From: Macrostomum lignano
Lineage: Eukaryota
Length of the DNA: 64,000 bases
NCBI GenBank assembly: GCA_002269645.1
Contig: NIVC01000986.1
Coordinates: forward strand, 328,847 to 392,846
Direction of reading: 5' to 3'
Under the pieces are notes generated by a model. The model ran no database searches. It was not told where the DNA came from and saw only the letters and a program-made list of their open reading frames with translations. How positions within the stretch are numbered: the first letter of the stretch is position 1; the number at the start of each line of letters is the position of its first letter. This document shows, piece by piece, positions 58,693-64,000 of this stretch. A program made the translations under genes and the position numbers.

Positions 58693-59376
58693 TCAAGGGT
58701 CTCGAATCAGTAGTCGGCCGACTGCAATGGGGAAATTAAAACAATTAATGTAGAAAGAATATATGCTTTGTATATGATAAGACGAATTGTGTATACAGTG
58801 TAATATCTTACCATAGGTGGGGGCGGCAGAGGCAGAGACACCGGGGGAGGCAGCACCAGAGTCGGCAGCGGCAGCAGTGGCGGCAGAGGCAGAGACACCA
58901 GAGTCGGCAGCAGGGGCGGCAGAGGCAGAGACACCGGGGGAGGCCGCACCAGAGTCGGCAGCGGCAGCAGGGGCGGCAGAGGCTGAGACACCAGAGTCGG
59001 CAGCGGCAGAGTCGGCATCGGCGGCAGAGGTGGCAGGGGCGGCAGCGGCAGAGGCACCAGAGTCGGCAGCGGCGGCGTTCACACCCCCTCCGATAGTCAG
59101 CGGTGGGAGGTCGAAAATCTCAGACCCGGTGTCGCTATCGTAGCTATTACCCCACGGGATGTCGAAAATCTCAGATCCCGGGTCGCTATCGTAGGTAATA
59201 GCCCACAAAGCCCAAGATAAGGCTATATCAGCACCCCAATTTTCAGGATAGTCAAGTCCGCCGTTTTCTATGCCTATGGGGATTATATGTTCGGGTATTT
59301 CACCGTCGAGGGAGGCTAATTCTTCAGATGGGCGGTTTTTATCCCAGAGGGTGGATAGAGCTCGGCGGCGGGACAT
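58693..59376 (-). CDS. Hypothetical protein with Ala/Ser-rich repeat tail
   Basis: 227-aa ORF; unique N-terminal half followed by AAADSG repeats. Confidence 0.45.
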   Translation of the reverse strand: MSRRRALSTLWDKNRPSEELASLDGEIPEHIIPIGIENGGLDYPENWGADIALSWALWAITYDSDPGSEIFDIPWGNSYDSDTGSEIFDLPPLTIGGGVNAAAADSGASAAAAPATSAADADSAAADSGVSASAAPAAAADSGAASPGVSASAAPAADSGVSASAATAAAADSGAASPGVSASAAPTYGKILHCIHNSSYHIQSIYSFYINCFNFPIAVGRLLIRDP

Positions 59377-59488
59377 GTTGGAATCAGCAGACTATAGTAT
59401 CAGGGCTAGGATTAGGGTTTGGCTCTCTAGAGGCTGGCTAGATTAGTTATATAGGGAGCCCCGCCGGGTGGCGCGAGCCAATAGGGAA

Positions 59489-60037
59489 CTACCAGCGCTG
59501 ACTCTCGTCAAACAGATTTTCCCAGGGCGGGAATTGGTAGGGTTTGAGACCCACAACCTGGAGAACATCCTGGAGATTTTCTTCCTCCTCCTCAGTCCTG
59601 GCTACCAGAGAGGTATCGGTCCTGGCGCGCTTGGCTGGCGGCGGGGCCTTGGGTTTGAAGAGCTTGCCCAAACGGGCGGCAAACATCCGGCGCCACAGTT
59701 CCGGCGTGAATTCAATTGTGTAGCGCCAATTGAACTTTGGATCCCGATTAAGCCAATTGCGCCGCAAACGAATCCTCCCCTGTGAAGCTTCTGCCGCCTT
59801 GAAGCTGCCCAACACGACTATCTTGTCCACGTGAAGACGTGCCGCAGCCTCCAGGTCAGGGCGTGCAGCTTCGAGCTTCTTCCACTCGACCTCGCTTAAA
59901 TAGATTGCTGGGAAGCCGTCCTTCCACACTCCAGCTTCGTCGGTGTAGAGCCGACGGATTTCAATTAAGTCATGCTCCGTTTCAAATGTGGGCTTCCGCG
60001 CCACAAAGTTTTCGTATAGAGCGATAGAAGAAGACAT
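59489..60037 (-). CDS. PC4-like ssDNA-binding protein (possibly tandem domains)
   Basis: IEIRRLYTDEAGVWKDGFPAIYLSEVEWKKL resembles the PC4 fold; upstream TATAAA on the minus strand. Confidence 0.6.
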   Translation of the reverse strand: MSSSIALYENFVARKPTFETEHDLIEIRRLYTDEAGVWKDGFPAIYLSEVEWKKLEAARPDLEAAARLHVDKIVVLGSFKAAEASQGRIRLRRNWLNRDPKFNWRYTIEFTPELWRRMFAARLGKLFKPKAPPPAKRARTDTSLVARTEEEEENLQDVLQVVGLKPYQFPPWENLFDESQRW

Positions 60038-60253
60038 GATTAGCAGCAGCAGCAGAGAGCTCTCCGACAGCCGCGCAGCGCTTTATATACCCCCAGATGG
60101 AGGGTGGGAGGGTGTGATTTTGGGGTGATTTTGAGTGATTCTGGTTGGTTTTTTGGTGATTTGGCCAATAATAGACGAGCTAAGCAGGTTTTTAGTATAT
60201 ATTCGGACCCCTAGAACAGGGGTAGAGAGATAATCCTTCTCTCTGTATGCAAA
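60038..60253. promoter_or_regulatory. Divergent promoter region
   Basis: TATA-like boxes on both strands (~60085 minus, ~60195 plus) and GTGATT repeats between head-to-head genes. Confidence 0.4.
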
Positions 60254-62093
60254 ATGGCTAAACGCAGCGCAGCATCGACTACTTTCCCAGCTGACAAGAG
60301 GCAACGTCTTTATGGTAAGTTTTAATTAATTTCTATCCGGTTGTATATCAGTCTAGACGGGTTTTGAGTTGCTGCAGCAGGGAGCTTCTATGAATTGGCA
60401 GGGGCAGGAGCAAGAGAGGCGCGATAGAGAGTTGATAAGAGCAGACTAGACAGGCGGGGGCTAACAAAGAGTTGAGGGGTTTACCGCTGTGACAGCTTCA
60501 GGCGCATGCGGGCTATAGAATTCAGAGTGCTGCGACAGGGAGCTTACGAGTTTGAGTAGGGAGGGGGCGCAAACAAAGAGCAGGCAGGATGCGGCTAGGG
60601 TTAAAAAATTGCAGAGAATTTCAGCAGGAGGGTCTACGCGCGAGGGATTATGAGCCAGGCGGGATAAAAAATGGTGGGCGCTCTGACAGCTGCAGGAGCA
60701 TGCGGGAATTCAGAGTGCAGCAGCAGGGCATGCGAGTTTGAGTAGAGAGGGGGCGCAAACAAAGAGCAGGCCGGATAACAGCTGCGGGCTGGGGTTAAAA
60801 AAATTGCAGAGCATTTCAACAGGAGGGCCTGAGCGCAAGGGGTTATGCGTGAGCGCAAACAATGAGCCAGGCCAGATAAAAAATGGTGGGCGCTCTGACA
60901 GCTGCAGGAGCATGCGGGAATTCAGAGTGCTGCGACAGGGAGCTTACGAGTTTGAGTAGGGAGGGTGCGCAAACAAAGAACCAGGCAGGATGCGGGCTAG
61001 GGTTAAAAAATTGCAGAGCGTTTCAGCAGCAGGGCTTGCTTGCGAGGGGTAGCGCAAACAAAGAGCCAGGCAGGATGCGGCTAGGGTTAAAAAAATTGCA
61101 GAGCGTTTCAGCAGCAGGGCTTGTGCGGGAGGAGTAGCGCAAACAATGAGCCAGGCCGGATGCGGCTAGGGTTAAAAAATTGCAGATGCGTCTCGGCAGG
61201 GGGCATGCGTGCGAGGGGTTATGGGGGAGCGCTAACAAAGAGCCAGGCGGGATGCGGCTGGGGTTAAAAAAATTGCAGAGCGTGTCGGTGGGAGGGCCTG
61301 AGCGCAAGGGGGGGGGGAGCGTGAACAATGAGTCGGTTGGAGTCTGATCCTGGGGTGCCACGAATTGACAGATTCTTCTGGTTTTTTATCTCCTTGTGTT
61401 TTTTCAGACGCGTTTGTCCCGCCTGCCCAACCTGAATTTGTTACCGGACCGGGTGAGTTATCCAGCCCCCCTATTCCCCAGGCAGACCCGGGCTGACTCA
61501 CACTCCCCCTTCATTCCCCCTACAGGTTTTACGGCCCGGCTGGATAATCAGCGCGACCTGCCCAAGTTTAGGGCCAAGGGTGTGGAATATGTGGTAAAGT
61601 TGGATGGTACTAGCGACTTACGCGAGACATTTGCCAGTTTGCTCGAAGTATTCAAGCAGGATTTGGCTGGTGATGAATTTATGGCCGCGAAATTCGAGAG
61701 TGATAATATGCTCAAAGCAGCCCACACTCCCCCGGTGCGTGCGGCCCGCATGACAGCAGAGTTGTTGTTTAAGCACATTGACAAGATTGTGCAGTCAGAC
61801 GCAAGCGTACTGTCGAGCAACTTTTCTATCCGGTTGCTAAAGGCCTGGGTGCCTCGAGGTGGATGTGCTCTCGAGAACAAGCATCTAGAAGAGAGGCACG
61901 CTTTTTCAAAGCACTATGTCCGCATCACCAACACGGACAAGAGGTGCCTGCTGCGAGCTCTGGTCGTGGCCTGCGCCTATCTGCAATTTGTGGCCAAGCG
62001 CATCACCGAGGATGTGTGGCGCAGGATCAAGGCCAATTCACCCAAGCAGACTAAGCTGGTGACTGAGCTGCAAGTCGAAGCAGGCCTCTACAC
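60254..62093 (+). pseudogene. pPolB 5' part, three exons (60254-60314, 61408-61452, 61526-62093)
   Basis: GT-AG introns with matching phase; exon 3 has KIVQS..VPRGG..ITNTDKRCLLRALVVA. Confidence 0.75.
60380..61340 (+). repeat. Degenerate repeat array within intron 1
   Basis: Repeated GCAAACAAAGAGCCAGGC..GGGTTAAAAAAATTGCAGAG units. Confidence 0.85.
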
Positions 62094-63819
62094 GGTAAGT
62101 TGTGCACTAATAGCGCTCAGTCTCCTCATAAATCGCCCGCATTGGCTGGTTCTTGAGCGGGTGCAGCACGTCGCCGTTGGGGAAGCACTTGGGACAGCCA
62201 TGGAAGAAGCAGCCATGAAACTGCAGCACTGTCCTGGTCTCCGGGTCAAAGCCATCCACCTTACGGCCCATGGCGAAAGCCTCGCCGCCAGAATCGGCTG
62301 TCCGCAACCGGCCGCCAAACTCGGTTGCATTTAAATGTGCCAGCCAGCACCGCGCCTTGTGCGACTGTACATCGGACCGGCGGGAAATCACCCCAAGAGT
62401 GTTGGGCTCCATAAACTTGGTGGTGAAAACAGCCATAGCCAAGCCCGCAATGGTGTTGGATTGGACAAATGCGTCCAGTCCGCAAATGTCCTTAATCAGG
62501 CGGGTATACTTCAGACAGCCTTCCCGCAAAATTAACGTGTCCTGCAGGCAATAGTCCAGGTACTCCTTATTGAAATTAAACACCTGTCCCTCCTGCTTGG
62601 CCAGCCAGTCAGCGATGGAGTCGTGCTGCTTATTCTTCTTCCCGCCGTACATATCAATTGAGCAGTAGGGACCTACGTACCCCCAGTTTTGTGGCTGATT
62701 GAACACGTGCGGGAAATCTCCTTTGGTCAGTTGGGTGCCCAAACCAAGCGCCTTTGGGAATTGCGCCAGACCAATAGGGATAAAGTTGAGGCTGTCCTTG
62801 AACGTGATCTTGTCGCACTTCATGTACATTAGGCGGCTGTTCTGGAAGATCACCTGCGGCTTCTTCTTGGCCAGTCCGTTGAGTAGGGCGCCGAGCAGGA
62901 GGAATGCGTCATACGCAGAGCCATTGTGCGCAATTGCAATTGCCCCTGCTTGAACACGCTAGTCAGCCAGCAGTAAAAGGCATCGATAGAGTGCAGTCCA
63001 ACGGATACAAACTCTCGCATCCCACAGGCACAGTCATTGTGGGAGACACAGCTCGTAAAATCCAGCGCCAGATTGCGTCCCGCAATGCAATTGGCTGAGC
63101 TGTGCAACCCCCCGCACACGCTGCAGCGGGGCCTGGGGAAGAGTTTGGGACACGCCTCGCAGGAGGTGGCAGCCGTAACCAAGTGTACCCGGTGCTGCTT
63201 GGTCCACGTACGTCTCGAAATCATAGTAAACGTACGGGGCGCTAGACTCTTTGGCTTTGGGCGGGGTGACAAAGCACTCGTGGGTGGCAGTTTCGTCGTA
63301 CTGCTTGCAGACTGGACACTTGGCGTAACCACACTGATGCTCGGGGGGCTGGCCTACTTTCAGTTCTTCTAGATAGCCACACGTGCCGCAAACGTGGACC
63401 GAATCACAGCGCGATCTGCCCGCCTTATTCTTGCGCTTGTGATTTTCTAGGCACTGAGCATTATAGCAATTTAGCCCGCAATCATGGCATCTTACATATG
63501 CACGGTTTGCTTTACAGTTGGAGCCCGGAGTCTTGCATGTACTGCAGGCATCAGCGCACTTGTGCTTCTCATAATTGCAATCGAAGGCCATCTCGCACTT
63601 GGCGCAGTAGTGATCGGAGCCGAAAAACGCAGGCAGCTTGGTGACCACATTAAAGTGCTGCTCGACCAGGTGCAGGTGCAGAATCTCGTGCCAGGCAGGT
63701 TGAATATGCACGTGTTGGCCTCCTCTGCCCTGTACACTCGTACACCAAAATCGTGGCCTGGATGCAGACGGTTCAGGGCCCGTATCGCCTCGGGCAGAAC
63801 ATCCACCCCAAAAGGACCG
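62094..63819 (-). pseudogene. pPolB middle part (Cys-rich, exonuclease, Vsr-like) on an inverted segment
   Basis: Cys/His-rich region, YVYYDFET, AHNGSAYD, FKDSLNF, KGDFPH, YCLQD, QFHGCFFHGCPKC; frameshifted. Confidence 0.85.
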
Positions 63820-64000
63820 GCCTGCGAGACGATTTGATGAGTCTGTGTGGAGGCAAAATATTTCTTTTAGTATTCCTTATCGTAAAAATTCTTATCAGAA
63901 AATATAGCTTTTAGTATTCCTTATCGTAAAAATTCTTTTAGTAATCCATGAAAATACTAGAAACCAGAAACGAAATTCTTATCAGAAATAAATCTTTTGG

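Larger units (their letters stand above)
57151..63840. mobile_element. Polinton/Maverick remnant 3 (left end retained)
   Basis: Starts AGTAGTAATAG; repeat-rich terminal region, PC4-like gene and Cys-rich pPolB of a different subtype from elements 1 and 2. Confidence 0.75.

Overview
This is eukaryotic (probably invertebrate) repeat-rich DNA made almost entirely of nested mobile elements. The centrepiece is a full-length Polinton/Maverick (adintovirus-like) endogenous virus at 13501-41420. It has ~320-bp TIRs, AGT/ACTACT ends and a 6-bp GACGTT target-site duplication. It encodes pPolB, a double jelly-roll major capsid protein, a penton, an A32-type ATPase, an adenain protease, a lectin-tipped fibre, an HNH nuclease and a PLA2-integrase fusion. 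Two CCC-ended CACTA/EnSpm elements interrupt its polB and integrase genes; removing the inserts gives ~17.0 kb. Two other divergent Polinton remnants flank it: 1477-8428 (cut by a DIRS-type retroelement) and 57151-~63840 (spliced pPolB, partly inverted). Also present are a solo fold-back TIR module, a decayed RING-finger cassette, a Penelope-like retroelement with a hammerhead ribozyme and its GIY-YIG domain apparently nested in the RT thumb, a fold-back element, several micro/minisatellites, and one intact host-like gene (FkbM-family methyltransferase). No rRNA, tRNA or CRISPR array was seen. All family assignments come from motif recognition by eye; no database searches were run.
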